This document shows, one piece after another, positions 23,101 to 31,784 of a DNA stretch of 64,000 nt; position 1 is the stretch's first letter; each line of letters starts with the position of its first letter. Origin of the DNA: Parcubacteria group bacterium Gr01-1014_8 (GTDB lineage Bacteria; Patescibacteriota; Minisyncoccia; Phycocordibacterales; UBA2100). The translations under genes and the position numbers were made by a program. The notes under the pieces are model-generated. The model was not told where the DNA came from. It was given only the letters and a program-made list of their open reading frames with translations, and made no database searches. The DNA is taken from contig VMGC01000004.1 in NCBI GenBank assembly GCA_007376385.1, forward strand, positions 32,001 through 96,000. The letters are read 5' to 3'.

Positions 23101-23290
23101 TGAGCTGCTCCACATCTTCAGCTGAACCGCCCGGCAGAACGACCGAGACGATGCCGACTGGGATACGAACCTCGGGCGCTGATTCCTTGGGGATCGAGAG
23201 AAGCGCGTAAGTACCAGCAGCAATGAGAGACACTACGAGAAGAACCGTGAATTGGCGCTTTTTAAGAAAAAATGTCCAGAGCGGTAACAT
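20162..23290 (-). CDS. RND efflux transporter, AcrB/HAE1-like inner-membrane permease
   Basis: 1042 aa with 12-TM topology, two large periplasmic loops and family-wide conserved segments. Confidence 0.9.
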   Translation of the reverse strand: MLPLWTFFLKKRQFTVLLVVSLIAAGTYALLSIPKESAPEVRIPVGIVSVVLPGGSAEDVEQLITNEIETAVANLENLDTLTSSSRESISIVTVQFDASADLDKSIQDLKDAIDQVKPNLPEEANDPVVSEINFSEQPVLIISVTGEYPPSILTKLGDDIKEELQNVDGVSRVEVSGVRKRQIHVIVQKDKLEQYGLRLGDVTGAIQASNASLPVGSITVNSVEYALNFEGDLTKADQVRDVAILTQSGSIVYIRDIADIVDGLQKPTSISRASKAGEPSQSSLTLSVFKSSGGNIVATADAIKERLDELQSGMLAGSTVVVALDLGEEVNKDLTELTSVGFETMILVMLTLFITIGWRESLVAAASIPLSFLIAFIGLQASGNTINFVSLFALILAIGILVDSGIVVTEAIHTRMRRYPTKDEAAAVSLREYAWPLMSGTMASVAVFAPLFFISGIVGEFIASIPFTLIFVLVASIFVALGIVPLIAIALTTKESNRLEQKQEEYTHRFQEWYRMKLSGLLDSRRAQNIFLWSIAGAFILSMLLPITGLLRTTFFPQEDIDFIFAEIEKPRGTALEETDLAVRIVEESLYGNPDIEAFTTTTGGSSALTGDAPTSGGHLANITILLKKNRTKTSSEVVEDIRKSVGTIPGTDVRIQEPNNGPPSGSPVLITFSGDDLDQLESAALKAENILSSIEGVSDIQSSVKDNGLEFSLSIDRAKAASLGLSPVMIAQTLRTAVQGQTATTIRNAKDDIDVVVKLDLNPLYDDPSETTIISPDALRAISIPTPRGPVLLGSVLDTSIHRGKSSISHDDRKRIETVSSQVSGGKTAVEVTNEFEARIDELELPEGVTWKAGGETEDVNKSFAEMGIAFIAGLLLMIAIMVLQFNSLRHALYLILMVILSLIGVFGGLFLTAQTLSFSSVIGIIALAGVIINHAIILTDSIHRLLQTRHDLSHRDIIVEAAVSRLRPIFLTTLTTVIGMAPLAGASALWGPLAFAIMFGLAFSMILTLVMIPILTYRWPGSWKIARQDSTVVQRSSPVR

Positions 23291-23310
23291 ACGCTACGTC
23301 GAGTTCAAAT

Positions 23311-24921
23311 TTACTGCGCGATTTCCACCTCTTGCCCTTCCTTTAAGCCGCGAACATCCACAACGATCTTAGTATCTGCATCGAGCCCGGAAGTTACTTG
23401 CACGTACTCGCCGGACAATTTGCCGATCGTAATTTCATGCGATACTGATTTATTTTCAACAACGGAAAAAATAATGGTACGACTAGCCTCGATCTTGAGG
23501 GCAGTTATAGGAATCGAAAGAGGGCCTTTTACTTCGGGTTTTGGTTTCTCGCCATTCGCGGTAAATTCTACTCTCAGCGATTGACCGTTCGTCAGCGTGT
23601 TTATCGCAGTTACAGGAAGCCCAATACGTACCTCTATCTTACGGGTCACAGGGTCAAGCGCAGGCGCTATTTTGGTAACGACGCCGGTGATGCCTCCCTC
23701 CAGCGCTACCTTCTGCCCGACTGATACGCGAGATTTATCCTCTTCTGTAAGAAATGCGATCGCTTCAAGTGCATTGTTGTTTGAAACAATAGCTATCTCT
23801 TGGGAAGGCGCAACCGTGTCGCCGAGCTTGATGGTGAAGTTATTCAACGTTCCTGAAATAGGGGAACGAATGATGGTTTTTTCAAGGTTTGCAAGTGCGG
23901 CGTTGTATGCTCCTTCGGCCTGCTTTACTACCGCTGCTGCAGCCGCGACGTCTTCCGACTGTGCGCCTGTCTCGCCTTGTTCGAGATTCTTTTCTGTAGT
24001 TTCAATTCCGCTTTTTGCTGAAGTGATCGCGGAAAGGGCGGTAGTGAGAGCAGTTCGAGAAGCAGTTGCATCGGAGCGGAATGCGGCAATGTCCGCCGAA
24101 TCAACGCCCGGTGAGTCGATGGCATCTGAGAGAGCGGCGAGAATGGTGTCGATAAATGTGCGTATATCACGCACCTCTGCTTCAGTAACTTGCAATTCGG
24201 TCTTCAGGTCGGAAGATGTAGAAATTGCATGGGATGCTGATTCTTGTCTTTTTAGAACAATAGCGAGTTCGCCACGTGTATATTCGAGAGCCACCTCTCG
24301 CTGCTGATTTGACGTTACCGGGGTGAATTGTATCTGGCCTATCTCAACGCCAGTGAACATTTGGTCCGCTGTATCGTTTACAGCGCTGTCCACTGTCCCG
24401 TATGCCGTAAGAAGTGAATTTACGGCAGTACCCTTCGCGGATGCGAGGACCGACTGGAGTATGGACAATTGTTCAGCCCGTGTACCGCCCTGGATCTTGT
24501 GGAGCGACGCTTTGGCGGCATCATATGCACCCTCAACTTGTAAGACTGTCGCGCGCTGCGAGCTATTCTCCAGTTCGGCAAGGACCTGGCCAGCCCCGAC
24601 GTGGTCTCCAAGAGATGCCTTTACGCGAACAACTCTGCCCCCGTTTTCGGGTGATATCTTCGCCTCGTTCACCGATTGGACTTCAGCGATAACTGAAAGG
24701 GTAGTACCCCCGTTCATGAGGTCGGCAACCCGTTTTACCACAACTGTTCGTATTTGTTTCTCTGCGAGCTCTGTTGAGCCGCCAGAGAGCGATATATAAG
24801 CAACAACAGCTATGAGGGCAATGACGAGCAGGAGAATGATGGATAGAGTTCTTCGAGAACGCCAGCTCACTCCGCGAAGAAGTCTTAGGAAAGGCACATT
24901 CTGAATGTTGAATGATGGCAT
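23311..24921 (-). CDS. RND efflux periplasmic adaptor (membrane fusion protein, HlyD-like)
   Basis: N-terminal TM anchor, long coiled-coil hairpin, and lipoyl/beta-barrel-like flanks. Immediately upstream of the RND permease. Confidence 0.85.
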   Translation of the reverse strand: MPSFNIQNVPFLRLLRGVSWRSRRTLSIILLLVIALIAVVAYISLSGGSTELAEKQIRTVVVKRVADLMNGGTTLSVIAEVQSVNEAKISPENGGRVVRVKASLGDHVGAGQVLAELENSSQRATVLQVEGAYDAAKASLHKIQGGTRAEQLSILQSVLASAKGTAVNSLLTAYGTVDSAVNDTADQMFTGVEIGQIQFTPVTSNQQREVALEYTRGELAIVLKRQESASHAISTSSDLKTELQVTEAEVRDIRTFIDTILAALSDAIDSPGVDSADIAAFRSDATASRTALTTALSAITSAKSGIETTEKNLEQGETGAQSEDVAAAAAVVKQAEGAYNAALANLEKTIIRSPISGTLNNFTIKLGDTVAPSQEIAIVSNNNALEAIAFLTEEDKSRVSVGQKVALEGGITGVVTKIAPALDPVTRKIEVRIGLPVTAINTLTNGQSLRVEFTANGEKPKPEVKGPLSIPITALKIEASRTIIFSVVENKSVSHEITIGKLSGEYVQVTSGLDADTKIVVDVRGLKEGQEVEIAQ

Positions 24922-25070
24922 AGGCTAAGCACTATAAATGATAATGTATTTGAGGCATGAGACGTACTCAGGGGGTTGACACTATCAAGAATTAATTGTC
25001 TGGTCAACTTTTAGCATTGTATAGAGAGCCAGTCGTCGCGACATCCTAGCATGTTACAATTCCACATTCC

Positions 25071-25661
25071 ATGACTAAAAAAATATTTCTCCTCCTCGGT
25101 CATCCGGACAAGATGGGATTATGCGGCGAACTTGCCGACGCATATGAGAAGGCGGCGCGAGATGCGGGACACACCATAGAGCGCATGAATTTAGGGGAAA
25201 TTAAATTTGACCCTATTCTTCACAAAGGATATCGCGAGAAACAAGAATTGGAGCCAGACCTGGTGCGCTTTCAGCAGCTCGTAACCGCGTCAGATCACTT
25301 TGTCGTTCTATACCCGGTCTGGTGGGTGGGCATGCCGGCGCTTCTCAAAGGTCTTTTTGATCGTGCGTGGCTTCCCGGTTCTGCGTTTCGCTATATAAAG
25401 ACAAAGGGCGGGCAGCGCACGGTGTTTTGGCACCGGCTATTTCGAGGGAAAACTGCCCGGATAATAATGACCAGCGGTACGGCGCCGTGGATTGTCCGCT
25501 TTTTGCCTGGCAACGTTAATGCGCAGTTGCGATGGGGAATCTTGTGGTTTGCAGGTTTCTCTGTCTGCACAACGTGGTTCGGTCCCGCAGAAAACCCGGA
25601 GCCCGCGACAAAGAAGCATTGGCTTGCGAAGATCAGCGCTTTAGGTAGAGGGGCGAGGTGA
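25071..25661 (+). CDS. Flavodoxin-like fold NAD(P)H-dependent oxidoreductase
   Basis: KIFLLLGHPD... N-terminal flavodoxin-like motif, typical of the NAD(P)H dehydrogenase (quinone)/KefF-like family. Confidence 0.7.
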   Translation: MTKKIFLLLGHPDKMGLCGELADAYEKAARDAGHTIERMNLGEIKFDPILHKGYREKQELEPDLVRFQQLVTASDHFVVLYPVWWVGMPALLKGLFDRAWLPGSAFRYIKTKGGQRTVFWHRLFRGKTARIIMTSGTAPWIVRFLPGNVNAQLRWGILWFAGFSVCTTWFGPAENPEPATKKHWLAKISALGRGAR

Positions 25662-25664
25662 CAT

Positions 25665-25904
25665 TTATTCAGCGTCGTATAAGTCCTTTCGCCACTTTTC
25701 AACCGAACCTGGCCCGTCCTTACCCTGAGGAGTATCCGATGGCGCGGGGGCCTTTTTTTTGAGTTCTTCATCAATAATGAACGGCTTATGTCTCGCCTTC
25801 TTACTCTCTTCCTCTTGGCGGTCACTCGGAGGTCCTTTCAACATGCTGCCGATTATAGCAAATTGCATGTAAAGGGCCGAGCGCCTAGAACAGTTTACAG
25901 TCAT
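25665..25904 (-). CDS. Small hypothetical protein (79 aa)
   Basis: ORF abutting the end of the oxidoreductase gene. Charged and Pro-rich; weak evidence. Confidence 0.25.
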   Translation of the reverse strand: MTVNCSRRSALYMQFAIIGSMLKGPPSDRQEEESKKARHKPFIIDEELKKKAPAPSDTPQGKDGPGSVEKWRKDLYDAE

Positions 25905-26092
25905 CTCACCGACCGCGCGGTTGGTGCCGCCTCTGGAGCGCGTCTTGTCTGTCCAGCATCGAGAGACAGGAGGTGTTCAGATGAATACTGTTGGTCGAGG
26001 TCAAGGAGTGGCATACTGTGCATAGGATGCTTTTAAAAAGCATGCAGAATGCGCCGAGCGCGCAAAAAAACAATCGTCTCACGTGACATATT

Positions 26093-26740
26093 TTGCCGGA
26101 TATGTTCAAAAATAGAAAAGAAGCGGGAAAAGAAATTGCGCAAAAACTCGCATCGTATCGAGGCATGAACGCTGTTGTTCTTGCGCTTCCGCGCGGCGGA
26201 GTTGTTGTCGGGCATGAGGTCGCAAAAGCGCTCTCGCTTCCTCTTGACATTGTTGCGGTGCGGAAAATTGGACATCCGTCATCGCCGGAATATGCAGTGT
26301 GCGCCCTCGATGAACACGGGACCCGTCTATGCAATGAAAGCGCTATTTGGGATATCGATCCAGCGTGGCTTGCTGCAGAGACAGAGCGGCAGACAATGGA
26401 GGCGTTGCGGCGGGCGCGTGTGTACCGGGGAAAACGGCTGCCGGTTGAGATAGCTGGCGCGACGGCTCTCTTGGTTGATGATGGAGCCGCGACTGGACTC
26501 ACGATGCGCGCCGCGATCGCGGCTGTTCGCGCGCGAGGAGTACAGAAAATAGTCGTTGCTGTTCCCGTCGCTTCCGTAGATGCCGTCAGAGATTTCACAA
26601 AGGAAGCGGACGAAGTGGTCATCCTCGAGCCCCCGGAGGAATTTAGGAGCGCAGTCGGAGCGCACTTTCGGCATTTCGACCAAGTCGAGGACAAGGAAGT
26701 TGTCCGTCTCCTTAAGGCATCTGTTCGGAACGCTTATTGA
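26093..26740 (+). CDS. Phosphoribosyltransferase-domain protein (type I PRTase fold)
   Basis: PRPP-binding motif LLVDDGAATGLT and overall length of about 215 aa, typical of standalone predicted PRTases. Confidence 0.75.
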   Translation: MPDMFKNRKEAGKEIAQKLASYRGMNAVVLALPRGGVVVGHEVAKALSLPLDIVAVRKIGHPSSPEYAVCALDEHGTRLCNESAIWDIDPAWLAAETERQTMEALRRARVYRGKRLPVEIAGATALLVDDGAATGLTMRAAIAAVRARGVQKIVVAVPVASVDAVRDFTKEADEVVILEPPEEFRSAVGAHFRHFDQVEDKEVVRLLKASVRNAY

Positions 26741-26832
26741 TACGAGATTTGTGCGAACCATCGCGAAAAGCGGGGTGTTGAAAGGAAGAAGAGGGGAGAA
26801 TATGCGGCTAATAAACACGGCAGAGAAATGAT

Positions 26833-27774
26833 ATGCGAGAGCAAAAATTACCAAAATATTTACAGCCGATGCTCGCGACGCTCATCGACGCGCCGTTTGA
26901 CGATGCTGAGTGGGTGTACGAAACCAAGTGGGACGGTTTTCGCATTGTTGCCGAGATAAAGCCCGGCGCGGTTACATTATATTCGCGTAACGGTCAGGTC
27001 ATGAGCGAACGATACAAGCCTGTAGCGATGGCGCTTTCAAAAATTCATCACGACGCGGTCATAGACGGCGAGCTGGTCGCGCTCGACAGGCAAGGCGTAT
27101 CGCGTTTTCAGCTGTTGCAAAATGCGTTGAAAACAAAAGTTGACCTGCACTATTGTATTTTTGACGTGATGTTCCTAGATGGTAAAGACCTTCGCGGCCT
27201 CTCTCTCGTCGAACGCAAGGAACAACTAAAAAGGATTATTCCGAATGATACGTTGTTGCGATATAGCGAACATCGTTTTGAACACGGAACAAGATACTTT
27301 AATGAGGCAAAAAAGAAAAAGGAGGAAGGCATCATGGCAAAACGGGCAGAGAGTAAGTATCTTTCTGGCAAGCGCTCAATGGCGTGGCTGAAGATCAAGA
27401 CTGGCTCGAGGCAGGAGGTCGTCATCGTCGGCTTTACTGCCCCCAAACGTTCTCGTAAATATTTCGGCTCCTTGGCGCTCGCAGTTCACGAAACCGGCCG
27501 GTCGAGCGGGAAAAAATGGCGCTATGTCGGGCATGTCGGCACAGGATTTGATGCAGCTGCCTTGAATGAGATACATGGGAAATTAGAACATTTGAGGACA
27601 CGGCATTCGCCGTTCGATACGGCGGTGAAATATGAGTCAACGACAACATGGGTGAAGCCAAAGCTTGTTGGCGAAGTGAAATTCACTGAATGGACGGACA
27701 AAGGGGAGATGCGGCATCCTGCGTTCATGGGGCTTAGAGAGGACAAGAAGCCTGAGGAAGTAGTGCGCGAATAG
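26833..27774 (+). CDS. ATP-dependent DNA ligase (LigD ligase-domain type)
   Basis: Motif I KWDGFR (adenylation lysine). Conserved ligase motifs follow (FDVMFLDG, EGIMAK, WLKIK). Confidence 0.85.
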   Translation: MREQKLPKYLQPMLATLIDAPFDDAEWVYETKWDGFRIVAEIKPGAVTLYSRNGQVMSERYKPVAMALSKIHHDAVIDGELVALDRQGVSRFQLLQNALKTKVDLHYCIFDVMFLDGKDLRGLSLVERKEQLKRIIPNDTLLRYSEHRFEHGTRYFNEAKKKKEEGIMAKRAESKYLSGKRSMAWLKIKTGSRQEVVIVGFTAPKRSRKYFGSLALAVHETGRSSGKKWRYVGHVGTGFDAAALNEIHGKLEHLRTRHSPFDTAVKYESTTTWVKPKLVGEVKFTEWTDKGEMRHPAFMGLREDKKPEEVVRE

Positions 27775-27780
27775 CATGAA

Positions 27781-28674
27781 ATGAATATGTTTGAACCGAC
27801 GCATCTGGACAAAATGTATTGGCCTGAAGCCGGATATACAAAGGGCGACATGCTCAAATATTATGAACGCATTTCCCCCTACCTATTGCCGTACCTTAAA
27901 GACAGACCAGTGGTATTGAAGCGTTTCCCCCACGGCATCTCAGGGCAGAGCTTTTTTCAGAAGAATGTCGAAGGCGATGTTCCAAAATTTGTGAAGCGCG
28001 TGACGATTCCTGCAGAAACCATCGAAAAGGATGTGCACTACATCGTCTGCAATAATGTGGAGACGCTCTCGTATCTGGCAAATTTAGGGACGATAGAGCT
28101 CCATCCATGGAATTCTCGCGTGAAAAAATTACATCACCCGGACTTCATGATATTCGATCTCGACCCAGGGGAGGGAACGACGTATAACGACGTTGTCGCT
28201 GCAGCGCTTCAGACGCGTGAATTATTGGATGAATTGGGCGTTTCGAGTTATCCCAAAACATCGGGGAAAAAAGGTATACACCTATACGTGCCGCTCGGAG
28301 CAAAATATTCGTATGACGAGGTGCGTGATTTTGCTCACCGAGTGTCGGGGACGCTCGCAACGCGTTATCCAAAGCTTCTCACGGCCAAGCGCGGTGAAGA
28401 ACACAGACACAAGAAGATATTTGTCGATTATCTGCGTAATTCTGTCGGGCAGACAGCAGTCGCTCCGTACTCCCTACGCGCATCGCCCGAGGCGACAGTC
28501 TCAACGCCGCTCAATTGGAGCGAAGTGAAAAAGGGTCTCAACCCGAAATTATTCACAATTGAGTCGGTGCTCAAGCGATTGAAGGTAAAAGGCGACTTGT
28601 GGGAGCCTGTTCTTAGCACTGGAGTCGAAATGAAAGCCGCGGCGAAGCAGCTTCGCGCATTGGCTTCAAAGTAG
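27781..28674 (+). CDS. LigD-type primase-polymerase (NHEJ polymerase domain) as a separate gene
   Basis: Conserved FDLDPGEG and KTSGKKGIHLYVPL motifs of the LigD Pol/PrimPol domain. Starts 7 nt after the ligase stop. Confidence 0.8.
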   Translation: MNMFEPTHLDKMYWPEAGYTKGDMLKYYERISPYLLPYLKDRPVVLKRFPHGISGQSFFQKNVEGDVPKFVKRVTIPAETIEKDVHYIVCNNVETLSYLANLGTIELHPWNSRVKKLHHPDFMIFDLDPGEGTTYNDVVAAALQTRELLDELGVSSYPKTSGKKGIHLYVPLGAKYSYDEVRDFAHRVSGTLATRYPKLLTAKRGEEHRHKKIFVDYLRNSVGQTAVAPYSLRASPEATVSTPLNWSEVKKGLNPKLFTIESVLKRLKVKGDLWEPVLSTGVEMKAAAKQLRALASK

Positions 28675-28687
28675 TTTTTCAGCTAGG

Positions 28688-29800
28688 ATGATTCGTGTCA
28701 TGAGCCTTTCTATTGGGATAGTAGGTTTGCCGAACGTTGGTAAATCCACGCTTTTTAACGCGCTTACGCAAAAGGGTGTCTTAATAGCCAACTATCCGTT
28801 TGCGACCATTGACCCTTCTGTCGGCGTTGTTGCCGTGCCGGACATCAGGCTTACTCGATTGAGCGAAATGTCGCATTCGGAAAAGACGGTTCCGGCGGCG
28901 GTTGAATTTGTTGATATCGCCGGGTTAGTTAAGGGGGCATCGGAGGGCGAGGGTTTAGGAAATCAATTCCTAACAAATATACGGGAAACAGATGCCATCG
29001 CAGAAGTCGTGCGCCTTTTTGATGATGAAGATATCCATCACGTTCATGGCGATGTGGACCCTCTCAGAGACATCGAGGTCATCAATTTAGAACTTGTTCT
29101 CGCTGATGAGGAGACAGCAGAGAAAAGGTTGGAGCGCGTTGAGCGAGATTCTAAAAACGGCGAGAAGGAGCTTGTACTTGAACGAGATGCTCTCCGGAAA
29201 ATAGTTTCTGTTCTAAAAAAAGGTACAGCAGCTCGTGAAGCTGAGCTTACTGATAAAGAGAGGGACGTTGTGAAAGGATTTCATCTCCTCACCATGAAGC
29301 CAATTTTGTACGTCCTGAATCGAAAGAGCGGCGCGGTCAACATGGATGCAGAGGGCGGGAACAGGTGGCGGGAATTAAAGAACTTTTTTGATACTACAAA
29401 AGCACAATACGTATTCGTAGACGCCGGAGTTGAAAACGAACTTCATGATGTGGGCGATGCAGAAAGGAATGACTTCCGCCGCGAACTCGGCGTATCAAGC
29501 GACGGAATAGATGACCTCATCAAAGGCGGATACGAACTCCTTGATTTGATCTCGTTCTTCACGACAGGACCGGATGAATCTCGTGCGTGGACAATCAAGC
29601 GCGGCTCGACTGCGCCCCATGCTGGCGCCGCCATCCACTCCGATTTCCGCGATAAATTCATCCGAACAGACGTCATCCAATGGGACAAGCTCCTGGAAGC
29701 AGGCTCTTGGAGCTTGGCACGGGACAAAGGTATACTGAGGACCGAAGGGAAAGAATATATAGTTCAAGATGGAGATGTAATGGAATTTAAACACAGTTGA
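28688..29800 (+). CDS. ychF: Ribosome-binding ATPase YchF (Obg-family)
   Basis: GIVGLPNVGKSTLFNALT G1 motif, a TGS-like C-terminus, and full-length similarity. Confidence 0.9.
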   Translation: MIRVMSLSIGIVGLPNVGKSTLFNALTQKGVLIANYPFATIDPSVGVVAVPDIRLTRLSEMSHSEKTVPAAVEFVDIAGLVKGASEGEGLGNQFLTNIRETDAIAEVVRLFDDEDIHHVHGDVDPLRDIEVINLELVLADEETAEKRLERVERDSKNGEKELVLERDALRKIVSVLKKGTAAREAELTDKERDVVKGFHLLTMKPILYVLNRKSGAVNMDAEGGNRWRELKNFFDTTKAQYVFVDAGVENELHDVGDAERNDFRRELGVSSDGIDDLIKGGYELLDLISFFTTGPDESRAWTIKRGSTAPHAGAAIHSDFRDKFIRTDVIQWDKLLEAGSWSLARDKGILRTEGKEYIVQDGDVMEFKHS

Positions 29801-29805
29801 TACAT

Positions 29806-30276
29806 ATGGGTCGGAAAGAAAGCAGTTTGGATAAAGGTGCAGGCCTTGATTCAAAAAAACTCTCGCAGATGCTGGTCGCGATTGCTGCCGGTGATGTTCC
29901 CGCGATCAAGAGCATGCAAATCCCAAATATGGTGGACACTTTCTTCGGCTACGTTCGTAACCTGGAGGACTCTCACGCGAAATACCAGGATTTGAAGACA
30001 TCACAGAACCCGAAAGCAGTGAAACTCGGGGAACATTTCAACCAATACGTGAACGCGTGGCTTGATAGCGGTGATTGGCAGACGCCATTCGTTAAGTTTC
30101 TAATTGAAAGCGATTTCCCACCCGGCGAAATTTCAAGGGGACTTGGAATGCGCTCATGGAAGGACCTCGAGAAACTGAATGCGGCGCTAGAGAACAATAA
30201 ACAGTTCCGAGTATTCAACGAAATAAAATCGCCGAAAGACTTGGAAGGCGCAACTGACGAGACTGACGAGACGTAA
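29806..30276 (+). CDS. Hypothetical protein
   Basis: ORF overlapping the ychF stop. The track start is a TTG at 29797; the first ATG is at 29806. Confidence 0.45.
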   Translation: MGRKESSLDKGAGLDSKKLSQMLVAIAAGDVPAIKSMQIPNMVDTFFGYVRNLEDSHAKYQDLKTSQNPKAVKLGEHFNQYVNAWLDSGDWQTPFVKFLIESDFPPGEISRGLGMRSWKDLEKLNAALENNKQFRVFNEIKSPKDLEGATDETDET

Positions 30277-30300
30277 AAAAATCGCGAAGTATCAATTTTG

Positions 30301-31353
30301 TTATTCAAGAGTTTTTATTGCGTTTGATTTCGCAGCCCACATCGCGAGATCCCATAAAACTCTCATTCCAACATTTTGATTCCACTCCGAATCTTCTGAC
30401 GGGCTTACTTCGTTGACATCAAAGCCGATAATGGTCTTCCCAGATCCGGCAACGGCTCGTATTAAATACGTGGCTTCTTGGAATTGAAGACCTCCCGGAA
30501 CAGGAGTGCCTGTGTGCGGGCAAAGCGCCGGATCGAGTCCATCTATATCGAGACTGATGTACACTTTTTCGGGCAATTTGCTCGCGATGTCGCTGACGAT
30601 ATTCACCCAGGTGTCGCCGCTGAATTGACGCTCCTTTATGTCCGCGTCGAAAAAAGTCACTATTCTGCCGTTCGAATTCTTTATGATCTCATTTTCGCCG
30701 ATGGAATAATCTCGGACGCCAACCTGTACTAATTTTTTGACTTGCGGCATTTTGAGCGCATTTGTCATTATTGACGCATGAGAATACGTGAATCCTTCGT
30801 ATGAATCTCGTAGGTCGCAATGAGCATCAATTTGGAGAATGCCGAAATCTCCGTGTTTTTTTGCAAGGGCACGCATAAGACCGAGCGGCGTAGAATGGTC
30901 GCCTCCGACGAGTCCCACGAGTTTTCCCCTCGCAAGCAATTCCGATGCCGTTTTCTCGATCCGCGCCATAAACAGCTCGCACCCCTCATTTATGACCGAC
31001 ATCGTATGTCCGTCATTTTTATCGATATCATGTTCGAGGTTTTCGATATGAGCCCTGGCTTTTTCGCGCAGCAAGAGGTTTTCCTTGTACGCGTCACCCC
31101 ACTCCTCGAGAGGGAGCATCGAGATGCCAAGTTTCCACGAATCGTTTCCGTAGCTTTCGTGAAAATAATCAATCTGGGGCGAGGCTTCGTATATTGCCTT
31201 CGGTCCATTATGCGTTCCGCCGCCGTACGAGACCGTGACGCCCCATGGGGCGGGGATAAGCACTACCTGCGAGTCGTCGGGCGAGAATGGGAGACCGAAG
31301 ATGCCTAAATCTTCTCGTCCGACTCCATTTGGATCGAAGTTCTCCCGTTTCAT
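30301..31353 (-). CDS. Ureohydrolase (arginase/agmatinase family); agmatinase suggested by polyamine context
   Basis: Mn-binding motifs GGDHS, DAHCD and SLDIDGLDP. Start taken at the internal ATG (MKRENFDP). Confidence 0.8.
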   Translation of the reverse strand: MKRENFDPNGVGREDLGIFGLPFSPDDSQVVLIPAPWGVTVSYGGGTHNGPKAIYEASPQIDYFHESYGNDSWKLGISMLPLEEWGDAYKENLLLREKARAHIENLEHDIDKNDGHTMSVINEGCELFMARIEKTASELLARGKLVGLVGGDHSTPLGLMRALAKKHGDFGILQIDAHCDLRDSYEGFTYSHASIMTNALKMPQVKKLVQVGVRDYSIGENEIIKNSNGRIVTFFDADIKERQFSGDTWVNIVSDIASKLPEKVYISLDIDGLDPALCPHTGTPVPGGLQFQEATYLIRAVAGSGKTIIGFDVNEVSPSEDSEWNQNVGMRVLWDLAMWAAKSNAIKTLE

Positions 31354-31784
31354 ATTCGCAGAATTATGTGCAGTGTAGCAGAATTTATAGAAGCACACAC
31401 TAGATTGCGGCATCAAAATCAACGCTATAATGGCAATCATGGTTGAACTAGAGCCGGAGCCAAGAGACCGAAGCAGCCTTTCTTGCTGGAAGGAAGAGTG
31501 CGGATAGTACCGATGCGATTGCTGATCAAGCGAGGATGATAACTTTCTTGAAAGGCCGAGCGGAACTTGATCAGAATGTCATTAACCGCCAAAAAGATAA
31601 AATTCAGAGATTGGAAGATAAGCAAATTGACCTTGAGCTAAAAATTAGAGAACTTGAGAGAAAAAATATTGATTAAGGGGTTGTCATTCGAAAATTAGAC
31701 GAAAAATTACGCCAGCTGCAACAATTCCCCCCGACGGCAAATCCTGAGAAATCGATATAATGTGGCGCGTTGCAAAGGGAATTT

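Noticed and set aside
25906-26694. 262-aa minus-strand ORF opposite the phosphoribosyltransferase gene
   Set aside because: The + strand frame has the PRPP-binding motif VDDGAATGLT. The minus frame is Ser/Thr/Ala/Arg-rich without features.
31437-31625. 62-aa minus-strand ORF in the agmatinase-nspC gap
   Set aside because: Hydrophobic, Phe/Leu/Ile-rich translation typical of AT-rich intergenic frames, and it overlaps the 5' end of the agmatinase ORF frame. No support.
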